Shown: positions 12,785 through 22,529, counted from the first letter of the stretch. The stretch is 64,000 bases of DNA from an uncultured Bacilli bacterium (GCA_944371905.1 CALVYA010000004.1:9078-73077); one strand, 5' to 3'. Translations and numbers: made by a program. Notes: generated by a model from the sequence alone, not told the origin.

Positions 12785-13100
12785 ATTTATGAGATTATTA
12801 GTTATGTTTGATTTACCTACTAATACAGCTTTAGATATTAGAAATTATAATAATTTTAGAAAATTTCTTATTAAAGAAGGATTTTATATGTTGCAGTATT
12901 CCATATATGTAAAAATATGTACTAATAAAGATTCTGCGGATTTAGAAGTAAATAAAATAATAAAAAACAAGCCTCCACAAGGAGCGATAAGGACTTTAAT
13001 ATTAACGGAAAAACAATACTCTGATATGAATATCATCATTGGTGGAAGTAAAAAAGAGGACGAAAAAATAGGTATTAGAAAATTAATAATTTTTGATTAG
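12774..13100 (+). CDS. cas2: Cas2
   Basis: MNYRFMRLLVMFDLPT, MLQYSIY, LTEKQY; overlaps cas1 stop. Confidence 0.96.
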   Translation: MNYRFMRLLVMFDLPTNTALDIRNYNNFRKFLIKEGFYMLQYSIYVKICTNKDSADLEVNKIIKNKPPQGAIRTLILTEKQYSDMNIIIGGSKKEDEKIGIRKLIIFD

Positions 13101-13102
13101 AG

Positions 13103-14167
13103 GTGATAATAATTATAATAGAAAAATTTAATCATATAAATAATTTTAAATTACCAACCAACAATATTAATTTTATAATAGGAAATGATTATAATTTTAA
13201 AAATGATATTATAAAAGCTTTGTCTATCTACTTTGGTAATGAAAAAGAAAGTACTGATTATATAGAATATAATAATACAAAATTACAAATTTTAAATAAA
13301 AATAATCTGATAAATCCAAAAGAATATAAGTTCTTAAAATTAGATATATTAAAATTAGATTTGAATAATGAAATAGAATTAAATAAACATTCTTTTTTTA
13401 GAGAAATTATGGATAATTATTTACAAAATAATTACATTAGTACTGATTTAGAAATGTTAGTAAACTCTATCATTGAAGATATATTTTGTGATAAAGAATA
13501 TGATTTTGCTAACGGCATTTCTTTAAAAGTTAATATTAATCCATTAACTAGTAAAATAATAATTGAACATTTATTAAACATTGAAGTTAAAAAGAATGAT
13601 CAAAATATTCCTATTGATTATCTAACATATTTTGATAAAGTCAATATATTGTTAGAAGAAATCGGGCATTTGATTGATATTTATTTAAAGGAAAATAAAG
13701 TAATTCTAGTACTTGATAATATAGATTATAAATTAACGATAGAGGAAATCAAAAAAATATACAAAAAAATCCAAATATTAAGTGAATATCCTGATTTATA
13801 CATTTATATATTTACAAATAATACAATTTTAATAGAAAATCAAAGTAATTTATTGAAATGTGTTCTTATTAATATTAACAATAGTATTGTCTATTTTGAA
13901 AATTATGACGATATTTTGTTGAAAATAAAAGAGAATTATCCGTTGGTAATAGAAGATAAACATTTAGATAAATTAACAACAAGCACAATAGTAAAAAATA
14001 TAAATAGTATTTGTAATTTATGCACATTAAGTGATAGTGAATTTAATAATTTAGAGGAAATGACAATAATAAAAATAATCAATGATATTTTTGATTTTAA
14101 ATATGATCTTAATTTTTTGTATGAATATTCAAATAATTGTTATTATTCTTATTTAACGAGCGACTAA
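13103..14167 (+). CDS. csn2: Csn2, long (S. thermophilus CRISPR1-type) form; start codon uncertain
   Basis: 354 aa ORF between cas2 and the array, size and position typical of the long Csn2; sequence highly diverged. Confidence 0.75.
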   Translation: MIIIIIEKFNHINNFKLPTNNINFIIGNDYNFKNDIIKALSIYFGNEKESTDYIEYNNTKLQILNKNNLINPKEYKFLKLDILKLDLNNEIELNKHSFFREIMDNYLQNNYISTDLEMLVNSIIEDIFCDKEYDFANGISLKVNINPLTSKIIIEHLLNIEVKKNDQNIPIDYLTYFDKVNILLEEIGHLIDIYLKENKVILVLDNIDYKLTIEEIKKIYKKIQILSEYPDLYIYIFTNNTILIENQSNLLKCVLININNSIVYFENYDDILLKIKENYPLVIEDKHLDKLTTSTIVKNINSICNLCTLSDSEFNNLEEMTIIKIINDIFDFKYDLNFLYEYSNNCYYSYLTSD

Positions 14168-14214
14168 TTTAAATGATTGTATTTTTTTTAAAATAATTAT
14201 ATAATTATTTTGAG
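14168..14214 (+). promoter_or_regulatory. Short CRISPR leader with promoter and leader-anchoring sequence
   Basis: TTGTAT(14177)-N17-TATAAT(14200); leader ends TTTTGAG, matching the ATTTGAG-type II-A leader end. Confidence 0.8.
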
Positions 14215-15233
14215 GTTTTAGTATTCTGTTAATTTAAGGTATTTGAAAACGTGAGATATTAAAGAGTATAGCAAGGCAAAGTTTTAGTATTCTGTTAATT
14301 TAAGGTATTTGAAAACTTGTTACTGCTTTAACAACTGGTATTACTGGTTTTAGTATTCTGTTAATTTAAGGTATTTGAAAACTTAAATATTTAACGACAC
14401 GACTTGGACTTTGTTTTAGTATTCTGTTAATTTAAGGTATTTGAAAACTTCGGAGCAAAAGTAGTTGCGGAAATAGTAAGTTTTAGTATTCTGTTAATTT
14501 AAGGTATTTGAAAACATCTTAATAATCATTATAGTTTTTATCCAAGTTTTAGTATTCTGTTAATTTAAGGTATTTGAAAACTAGATGGAGTAAAGTCTTT
14601 ATTTATTCCAGGTTTTAGTATTCTGTTAATTAAGGTATTTGAAAACAAAAGATGTTAATAGAATAACAACAACTTATGGTAAAGAAGAGTACGATGGCAG
14701 TTCATTAGAAGGATTACCAGGTTATATGGAACGTAACAGAGATAATATTGTGTATGATATAGATAAAGACATAAAAAAAAGAACCACTAACCCAAAGCTC
14801 CAATTGCATAACGTTAGTGGTTCATCTGGGAATAATATAACACAAACTGTTGAAAATGTCAATTTCCCTATTAATTACGATATGCAAAATCAACAAAATA
14901 ATACACAAGATTTTAAAGTTCCTATTCAAGAAGATATAAGACAAATGGAAATTTCTGATATCAAATTACCAACTAGAAAAACTTTAAATCCAACAGAAAT
15001 ATCTAGTTTAATTGAAGAAGATGAAAATACAACACCAATATTACCAAATGCTAAAGTTTCAACAGGAAAAGGAGAAAGTAATTTTGGTAATAATATTGAA
15101 AATAAAAATAATATGTTAAATGAAAATAGTAAAAGTACTATATTATCAGTTTGTTTTAGTATTCTGTTAATTTAAGGTATTTGAAAACGATTATTTAATA
15201 GTTTTCTATTACTGTTAGGTTTTAGTATTCTGT
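14215..15233 (+). CRISPR. Type II-A CRISPR array: 8 repeats plus truncated terminal repeat, 8 spacers, one of 506 bp
   Basis: Repeat GTTTTAGTATTCTGTTAATTTAAGGTATTTGAAAAC at 14215, 14281, 14347, 14413, 14480, 14546, 14612 (35 nt, one T missing), 15153; 15-nt partial at 15219; seven spacers of 30-31 nt. Confidence 0.98.
14647..15152 (+). other. 506-bp giant spacer or captured coding fragment within the array
   Basis: Flanked by repeats 7 and 8; one frame is stop-free across its whole length (ORF 14639-15175). Confidence 0.85.
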
Positions 15234-15326
15234 GACTTATATTTTCTTTAAAATATTGCATTAAATATTTTTGTAATATTTTTTTATTTTATAGATTGTG
15301 GTAAAATATAGGTGCAAGGTGATTAT

Positions 15327-16217
15327 ATGAATAACACGTATCAGGATGAATATCTATCGTATATAGAATTCGAACGTAGATTATCTAAAAATACAATTTT
15401 ATCCTATAAAAATGATTTAGAAAAATATATAGCTTTTTTAAAAAAAAGAAAAATCGGTTCAATAACTAATATTACCCAAAAAGATATATTAGAATATTTA
15501 GAATACTTATCTCAAGAAGGAATATCTACTACTTCAATTGCTAGAAAATTAACTACAATTAAGAATTTTCATAGTTTTTTATATCAAAGAGAATTTATTG
15601 AGCATGACGTAGCTTCTTCTATAGAGCGTCCTAAATTAAGAAAATCTTTACCTAAAGTTTTAACAGTAGAAGAAGTAGATAGATTACTAGATGTGCCATT
15701 AAATACGATATTTGACTATCGTGATAAAGCTATGTTAGAATTAATGTATGCAACAGGATTAAGAGTAAGTGAATTATTAAATTTAACTTTAAACGACATT
15801 GATTTTGAAAGTTGTATAGTAAGATGTATGGGAAAAGGGAAAAAAGAACGTATTATTCCTATTGGTGAATATGTTTTAGATTCCATGAGACAATATTTAG
15901 AAAAGCGACCTAAATTATATTTAATGAAACGTGATGAACATTTATTTTTAAATAATCATGGGAAAGGATTAAGTAGAAGTAGTTTTTTTAAAATGATAAA
16001 ACGAAGATTGCAATCATGTAATATTAATATTGATATATCACCTCATACGCTACGACACAGTTTTGCTACTCATATGATTGAATACGGTTCAGATTTGCGT
16101 GTTGTCCAGGAATTATTAGGGCATTCTGATATCAGCACAACTAGAATATATACCCATATTTCTAATCAAAAAGTACGAACTGATTATGAAAATTATCATC
16201 CAAGAAGTAAAAAGTAA
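15327..16217 (+). CDS. xerD: Site-specific tyrosine recombinase XerD
   Basis: YATGLRVSEL, GKGKKER, SPHTLRHSFATH, LLGHSDISTTRIYTH; adjacent to deoB as in Bacillus ripX-drm. Confidence 0.92.
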   Translation: MNNTYQDEYLSYIEFERRLSKNTILSYKNDLEKYIAFLKKRKIGSITNITQKDILEYLEYLSQEGISTTSIARKLTTIKNFHSFLYQREFIEHDVASSIERPKLRKSLPKVLTVEEVDRLLDVPLNTIFDYRDKAMLELMYATGLRVSELLNLTLNDIDFESCIVRCMGKGKKERIIPIGEYVLDSMRQYLEKRPKLYLMKRDEHLFLNNHGKGLSRSSFFKMIKRRLQSCNINIDISPHTLRHSFATHMIEYGSDLRVVQELLGHSDISTTRIYTHISNQKVRTDYENYHPRSKK

Positions 16218-16229
16218 GGAGATTTAAAT

Positions 16230-17399
16230 ATGAAATTTAAAAGAATATTTGTATTAATATTAGATTCTTTAGGAGTAGGGGAAGCACCTGATGCTAATAA
16301 CTATAATGATAGTGGAGCTAATACATTAAAACATATTATGGATAATTATGATTTATTTATACCAAATTTAAAAAAATTAGGATTTTTAAATACAATTAAT
16401 ATGGATGATAATCCTAATGTAGAAGCATATTATACTATTGCTCATCCTAGTAATATTGGTAAAGACAGTATTTCTGGGCATTATGAAATTATAGGGTTAG
16501 AAAATAAAATTCCATTTAAAACTTTTTCTGAAAAAGCTTTTCCTAGAGAATTAATAGATATTATAGAAGCTAATATAGGAAAAAGATTAATTGGTAATAA
16601 AGTAATTAGTGGCGAAAATATATTAGCAGAATTAGGAGATAGACATTTAAATTATGGGTCTTTAATTATTTTTACTTCAGGGGATTCGACGCTAGAAGTT
16701 GCGGCTCATGAAGATATAGTACCAATCTCTAAATTATATTCTTATTGTGAAAAGATTAGAAAGTTAACTGAGCGTGAAGAATGGAGAGTAGCTAGAGTTA
16801 TTGCAAGACCATTTACTGGAAAAAATGGTAAATTTAAATTTACTAATGACCGTAAGGATTATACTTTAAAGCCACAAAAGAAAAGCATTCTAAACAATCT
16901 AAAAGATAATGGATATAGTGTTATTTCTATTGGCAAATTAAATGATATAGTAGATGGAGAAGGAATTACTAAAATAATTAAAGCATCTGCTACTAATATT
17001 GATACCATTAATAAAATGACTGATATTATGGCTAAGCACTTTACAGGAGTATGCATTACTAATTTAAGTGAATTTGATAGTTTTTATGGACATCAACGAA
17101 ATGTAGAAGGATATGCTACAGCTATTGAAGAATTAGATGTAGAAATACCTTTGATATTAAATAAATTAAACAATGATGATTTACTAATTATTACTGCTGA
17201 CCATGGTAATGATCCAACATTTGAAGGAACTTATCATACGAGGGAAAATGTCCCAGTTATTATATTTGGAAGAAATTTTAAAAGTCCAAAAAAAATACCT
17301 ATATTAACTTCATTAGCTGATATAGGTGCTACTATTGCAGATAATTTTGATGTTCCTAAAACTGATATGGGAACAAGTTTCTTAGAACAATTAAAATAA
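16230..17399 (+). CDS. deoB: Phosphopentomutase
   Basis: ILDSLGVG, GKDSISGHYE, RVIARPF, ITADHGNDPT, HTRENVP. Confidence 0.95.
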   Translation: MKFKRIFVLILDSLGVGEAPDANNYNDSGANTLKHIMDNYDLFIPNLKKLGFLNTINMDDNPNVEAYYTIAHPSNIGKDSISGHYEIIGLENKIPFKTFSEKAFPRELIDIIEANIGKRLIGNKVISGENILAELGDRHLNYGSLIIFTSGDSTLEVAAHEDIVPISKLYSYCEKIRKLTEREEWRVARVIARPFTGKNGKFKFTNDRKDYTLKPQKKSILNNLKDNGYSVISIGKLNDIVDGEGITKIIKASATNIDTINKMTDIMAKHFTGVCITNLSEFDSFYGHQRNVEGYATAIEELDVEIPLILNKLNNDDLLIITADHGNDPTFEGTYHTRENVPVIIFGRNFKSPKKIPILTSLADIGATIADNFDVPKTDMGTSFLEQLK

Positions 17400-17402
17400 A
17401 AA

Positions 17403-17431
17403 GAGTAGGGAATTCACTCCCTATTCTTTTT
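17403..17431 (+). terminator. Intrinsic terminator after deoB
   Basis: GAGTAGGGA-attcac-TCCCTATTC-TTTTT. Confidence 0.75.
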
Positions 17432-17606
17432 ATTGTTCTTTCTTTTTAAAACTATCACATATAGTTTCATTTTTTTCATGTACTTTATCGGTCTTACATC
17501 CACTATTACATGATACCATAATTTCTTCTAAATTACATTCATTGCAATCACATTTGTTGTATTCACAGCTTTTAACATTACATTTAATTGTTTGATTATT
17601 TTTCAT
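17430..17606 (-). CDS. Small Cys-rich protein, DUF1540-like
   Basis: IKCNVKSCEYN...C..EEIMV...ETICDSF pattern; SD GGAGG before ATG 17606. Confidence 0.75.
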   Translation of the reverse strand: MKNNQTIKCNVKSCEYNKCDCNECNLEEIMVSCNSGCKTDKVHEKNETICDSFKKKEQ

Positions 17607-18267
17607 TTGATTACCTCCATTACTATTTTGCTCCAAAATTAGACTATTATTCCCCTATTCTTAATTAATAGGGAAGGAAGGAACACTAATGATGATTAAA
17701 ACAAAATTAAATAGTAAAAGATAGATAATTATTCATCTTAATTTATTTTAAATTATATTAATATGGGAAAACATTATTAAGATATATAATATAATGAAAT
17801 AATTAATATTATAATAATAAATTAAAATAGTTAATTTGAAAAAATAATATTTTATGTAATTATTATTTATAGTATAATAATTATAAAAGAAGAGTAATAC
17901 TCTTATAAATATATTTCATTATAATAAATAGTAAATATATTATCTATGATTTGTATTAGATATAAAAAAGAAGTCAACATAACATTAATTATCGGAAGTT
18001 GTTAAAAAGCAGATTTATCACTATCTTTTTATTCACTCTATTAAAATAACTCATATTATTATTAACCTTTTATATGATTTTGTTATGCCTTTTTTTTTAT
18101 CATTATTTATTATTATTATTATTTTTTTTATCAATACTTTATTTATATATGTAATAAATAAGTTCCTTTACTTATTGTAATAAATATAAATTAAGTTTTA
18201 AGTTTTTTCAATATAAAATTAAAAAGACAGTGTATATTTTACAGTGTCTTTACTATTAATAATGATC

Positions 18268-19035
18268 TTATACTTTTCTAGATTGAATTTCTGCTATTTT
18301 TTCTAATACTTCTTTTGCATTTTCTTCATTTATTTCCGTATATCCAAGTTCTCTTAAGGCTTGTACTTTTGCCGTATTTAATTCTTGAGTTCTACTTAAT
18401 TTTTCTTCGTTTTTATGTTCAATATCTTGAACAAATCTTTTATGTGATTCTGCTAATTTAACTTTTGAAGCACTACCATTATTATATAATGTTAAACCAG
18501 AGAATAAAATACTCTCGAAAATAAATTGTTGATCAGGATTAAATACAAATTCCATTGGATCCGTAAATCCCATTGATTTAGACATATAAGCTAAAATATA
18601 TTTAAGTTCTTTAGAAGTTTCCATAGATTGCAAATAATGATATAAATAAACATAAGCATTATAAGTATCTTTTGTAGTATCTTCTTGTAACTTTTCTTTT
18701 AATAAATTAATAATATCCGTTAGTAACTCTTGTTCTTTTTTATTAAATCCTTTTAAATCTGCTAATACTTCACGATCAGAGGAATCCTTAACCCCTTCAT
18801 TTAATCTACCTTCAACATCGATAATATAATTACCATCTACATTTAAGGAATCAAGCTCTTTTTCATCCTTTATATTTAATAAACTCATAAGCTTAGTTGC
18901 TTTTTCTTTTGGCCATTCACTTAATGAATTTAAAGCTAAATAATTATATAACATTTGTCTTGAAACACCCAAATATTTAGCTAGTCTAACCTTAGAAACC
19001 CCCAACTCATTTAGCAAGTTATTTAAATTCTCCAT
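18268..19035 (-). CDS. Helix-turn-helix DNA-binding protein
   Basis: N-terminal LGVSKVRLAKYLGVSRQMLYNY HTH; strong SD GGAGGG. Confidence 0.75.
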   Translation of the reverse strand: MENLNNLLNELGVSKVRLAKYLGVSRQMLYNYLALNSLSEWPKEKATKLMSLLNIKDEKELDSLNVDGNYIIDVEGRLNEGVKDSSDREVLADLKGFNKKEQELLTDIINLLKEKLQEDTTKDTYNAYVYLYHYLQSMETSKELKYILAYMSKSMGFTDPMEFVFNPDQQFIFESILFSGLTLYNNGSASKVKLAESHKRFVQDIEHKNEEKLSRTQELNTAKVQALRELGYTEINEENAKEVLEKIAEIQSRKV

Positions 19036-19143
19036 ATTACTCTACCCTCCATACATAATTTTATCATAGCTATTGACATTGTCAAGTGTAAACTTACAAG
19101 AATTGATAAAAAAACTTATGTAAAATTGTGGTAAAATAAAAAA

Positions 19144-20253
19144 TTATAGTAAATACCATAACTTTTTATTATTTTTACGTACTTCCTTAATAATTCCTCC
19201 ACCAATACATTTTTCACCATCATATAATACACAAGCTTGTCCTGGAGTTACTGATTTAATATTATCATATTTTACTAAAATTTCTTGATTATTTAAATAT
19301 TTTAATTCCACTGGATAATCTTTAGCACGATATCTAAATTTAGCAGTACATTTTTTAGGTCTTAATTCACAATTAAAATTAATATTATCGATGATACAAC
19401 TATTAGAATACAAATATTCATTATCTTCCCCAAGGGCTACATATAAAATATTTTCATTTAAATTTTTACCAACTACAAATAATCGTTCATTATTACCACC
19501 AATGTCTAAACCTCTTCGCTGACCTATAGTATAATACATAAGTCCTATATGTTCTCCTAATACTTCATTGGTTTCAATATTCACTATTTTTCCTTTTTGA
19601 TTAGGCAAATAATTCTTAAGAAATTCTTTAAAGTTACGTTCTCCAATAAAGCAAATACCTGTAGAATCTTTTTTAGTGGCTGTAATTAGATCATAGTTGC
19701 TAGCTATTTTTCTTACTTCATCTTTTGTAATATCACCTAGAGGAAAAATAACATTTTCTAATTGTTCTTTACTTAATTGAGATAAAAAATAAGTTTGATC
19801 TTTATTTGTATCCTTACTACGGCATAAATATCCATGATCCATTTTAGCATAATGACCTGTTGCTATATAGTCTGCTCCCAGACGTTTCGCTTCTTTAATA
19901 AAATAATCAAATTTAATATATTTATTACACATAATATCAGGATTAGGCGTTCTACCTTTTTTCAATTCCTCTAAAAAATAAGTAAAAACATAATCCCAAT
20001 ATTCTTTTACAAAATCCACTCTATGTAATGGGATACCAATCTTCTCACACACTTTAATAGCATCATTATAATCTTTTTCTTGAGGACAAATATCACTATT
20101 TAAATCAGGATTGCCTAAATAATCGTTATTTATAGAACTATCCCAATTTCTCATAAATAATCCAATCACTTCATAACCTTGTTCTTTTAAAAGAATAGCG
20201 GCAACAGAAGAATCTACTCCCCCACTCATTCCTATTACTACCTTTTTATTCAT
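19144..20253 (-). CDS. mnmA: tRNA 2-thiouridylase MnmA
   Basis: GMSGGVDSS, PNPDIMCN, IATGHY, KDQTYFL, KDSTGICF, TPGQ. Confidence 0.97.
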   Translation of the reverse strand: MNKKVVIGMSGGVDSSVAAILLKEQGYEVIGLFMRNWDSSINNDYLGNPDLNSDICPQEKDYNDAIKVCEKIGIPLHRVDFVKEYWDYVFTYFLEELKKGRTPNPDIMCNKYIKFDYFIKEAKRLGADYIATGHYAKMDHGYLCRSKDTNKDQTYFLSQLSKEQLENVIFPLGDITKDEVRKIASNYDLITATKKDSTGICFIGERNFKEFLKNYLPNQKGKIVNIETNEVLGEHIGLMYYTIGQRRGLDIGGNNERLFVVGKNLNENILYVALGEDNEYLYSNSCIIDNINFNCELRPKKCTAKFRYRAKDYPVELKYLNNQEILVKYDNIKSVTPGQACVLYDGEKCIGGGIIKEVRKNNKKLWYLL

Positions 20254-20311
20254 ATCACTTCACCACGAACATATTATATATTATTTTCTAATAAAATAAA
20301 AGAAAAATAAT

Positions 20312-20950
20312 CTAAATTAGCAAAGTAAATAACCTAATTAAATAAGTAGAAATAAATGTCTCAAATAAAGAAATAACAATTGCTACTATACTGGAAATAA
20401 GTAATATTTTTAAATATTTTCTCATGGCCTCTTTAAAGTTGATCATTTGTTTCAAAAACAAATATTTAAATAATTTCATGCAGAAAGATGAAGCATAAAA
20501 ACCTAATAATATTAATAACAATAAAAATATAATTTGATGAGGAAAGATATAGACAAAAGCTCCCAATAATCCTTTAAAACCATAGATAGCTACAATAGAA
20601 GAAATAGAAAATCCTACGATAAAACTTTTTATAGTTATCATAAAAAGAATAATAGGCAAACCAATAACGGAAATACCTAGTAGCCATATTAAAACAATAT
20701 AGATTAAATTAGTGATAATCGAATTAATGAAAGAAGCCCAATAATTAATATTATCTCCTTCTTTTATGCAATTAAAAAAGTTAGTTAATTCATTAGTTAC
20801 TAATAGCTTGTCTTCTTTACTAATAGCAAACCAAAATAAAATTCCTGCCATTAATCCTACGATAATTAGTCCTATTAAGAAAAAATATAATTTTTTTTGA
20901 TTCATTATATTATTCTTAGCTTTTTTCATTCCTAAATTCATTTTCGTCAC
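20312..20950 (-). CDS. spoIIM: Stage II sporulation protein M-like membrane protein
   Basis: WLLGISVIGLP, KSFIVGFSI, IFPHQII, FETFIS; multi-TM. Confidence 0.8.
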   Translation of the reverse strand: MTKMNLGMKKAKNNIMNQKKLYFFLIGLIIVGLMAGILFWFAISKEDKLLVTNELTNFFNCIKEGDNINYWASFINSIITNLIYIVLIWLLGISVIGLPIILFMITIKSFIVGFSISSIVAIYGFKGLLGAFVYIFPHQIIFLLLLILLGFYASSFCMKLFKYLFLKQMINFKEAMRKYLKILLISSIVAIVISLFETFISTYLIRLFTLLI

Positions 20951-21031
20951 CTACTAAATCTTATTAAATTGATGAAAAAATATTCCTATTTTATAAGAGA
21001 TTATGATATAATGGTTAACGAGGTGTTGATA

Positions 21032-21121
21032 ATGAATAAAACAGTTGTAAAAGTGGTTTCTGTATTTTTATTACTTGTTATGATTTTATCATTTGTAGCA
21101 GGACTTATCTATATGTATTAA
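21032..21121 (+). CDS. 29-aa single-TM microprotein (Prli42/DUF4044-like), missing from ORF track
   Basis: MNKTVVKVVSVFLLLVMILSFVAGLIYMY; own promoter TATAAT, SD GAGGTG, terminator ACAACT-aatt-AGTTGT-T run. Confidence 0.75.
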   Translation: MNKTVVKVVSVFLLLVMILSFVAGLIYMY

Positions 21122-21190
21122 TTACAACTAATTAGTTGTTTTTTTATGGTCTAAAGTTATATATCTTCTTTTGATACATATATTTGTTAT

Positions 21191-22483
21191 ATGAAGAAAG
21201 AGACTTTTATTACATCGACAATTATTTTAATATTAGGTGGATTTTTAACTAAAATTTTGGGAATGACTATCAAAATAGTTATGACTAGAATTGTAGGCGT
21301 TGAGGGTATTGGTCTATATATGTTGGTTTTCCCTACTTTTGCTTTATTTATGACTTTATCACAATTAGGCTTTCCGGTAGCAATTAGTAAATTAGTTTCA
21401 GAAGATAAACATAATAATAAAAACTTAGTTTTCTCTATTATTCCATTTTCTTTAATCATTAATATTATTTTAATGATTATCATTATATTATTAGCACCTA
21501 TATTAGCTAATGATTTATTAAAAGATCCTAGATGTTATTATCCTATTTTAGCAATCGGATTAGTATTACCTTTTGATAGTTTATCCGGTATATTAAGAGG
21601 TTATTTTTTTGGTAAACAAAGAATGTTTCCTCATGTAATTTCTAATGTTACAGAGCAGATAACTAGACTTATTTTAATTACTGTTACTATTCCTACTCTT
21701 TTAAATAAGAGTCTAATTTATGCTGTATCAGGTTTAATTTTAGTTAATGTAGTTAGTGAACTAATGTCATCTTTAGTTTTATTTTTATTCCTACCTAAAC
21801 GTTTTCGTATAAAAAAAGAAGATATCAAACCAGATCCTGTAAATGTAAAAGCGATACTCAATATTTCTTTGCCTACTACTGGAGGTAGACTTATTGGTTC
21901 TATTGGTTATTTTTTGGAACCTATTGTTCTTACCTTTGTATTATTAATGGTTGGATATGATAACTCTTATATAGTAAGAGAATATGGGGTTATTAGTGGG
22001 TATGTTTTACCTTTATTATTATTACCATCTTTCTTCACTAATGCTATTTCTCAAGCGTTATTACCAATTGTAAGTAAAGCATATGCTAAGGGAGATAAAA
22101 AGTTTATTATTAAAAAAATTAAGCAAGCAATTTTCTTTTCTATGTTAATTGGTATTCCGGTAACAATAATATTTGAACTTATTCCAGAGATTCCTTTAAA
22201 ATTAATTTATAATACAACAGAAGGATTAGCATATATAAGATTTTTAGCTCCAATATGCTTAATTGAATATATTCAATCTCCTCTTTCTTCTAGTTTAGAT
22301 GCTATTGGAGAAAGTAAAATTAACATGAATACGTCAATTATAGGTGTATTTATTAGAACATTGGGATTATTTATCTTCTCTTTATTTAAGATCGGTATAT
22401 GGGGCTTAATTTTAGGAATAAGCGTTAGTTGTATTTATATTACTTGGTATAATTATAAAAAATTAAAAGAGTTATTAAAATAA
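21191..22483 (+). CDS. spoVB: SpoVB-like MOP flippase / polysaccharide biosynthesis protein
   Basis: FITSTIILILGGFLTKILG, GFPVAISKLVSE, LRGYFFG, ISLPTTG; about 12 TM. Confidence 0.75.
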   Translation: MKKETFITSTIILILGGFLTKILGMTIKIVMTRIVGVEGIGLYMLVFPTFALFMTLSQLGFPVAISKLVSEDKHNNKNLVFSIIPFSLIINIILMIIIILLAPILANDLLKDPRCYYPILAIGLVLPFDSLSGILRGYFFGKQRMFPHVISNVTEQITRLILITVTIPTLLNKSLIYAVSGLILVNVVSELMSSLVLFLFLPKRFRIKKEDIKPDPVNVKAILNISLPTTGGRLIGSIGYFLEPIVLTFVLLMVGYDNSYIVREYGVISGYVLPLLLLPSFFTNAISQALLPIVSKAYAKGDKKFIIKKIKQAIFFSMLIGIPVTIIFELIPEIPLKLIYNTTEGLAYIRFLAPICLIEYIQSPLSSSLDAIGESKINMNTSIIGVFIRTLGLFIFSLFKIGIWGLILGISVSCIYITWYNYKKLKELLK

Positions 22484-22529
22484 TTGCAAAATAAAAAGCA
22501 CTAAATACATTTAGTGCTATTATTATGAA

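Noticed and set aside
15132-15142. 11-nt match (AAAGTACTATA) between the giant spacer 3' region and cas9 (11702-11712), suggesting self-targeting
   Set aside because: The PAM-proximal seed does not match, and an 11-mer is expected by chance in AT-rich DNA.
14647-15152. Giant spacer as an IS/MITE or as degenerate repeat-spacer units
   Set aside because: No terminal inverted repeats, transposase motifs or 66-bp periodic repeat remnants; the length is not 30+66n.
15327-16217. Tyrosine recombinase beside the CRISPR trailer as the integrase of a mobile CRISPR element
   Set aside because: Sequence and deoB linkage match housekeeping XerD; no att repeats seen.
17640-18260. AT-rich gap as replication origin
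   Set aside because: No TTATCCACA-type DnaA boxes seen, and no dnaA/dnaN nearby.
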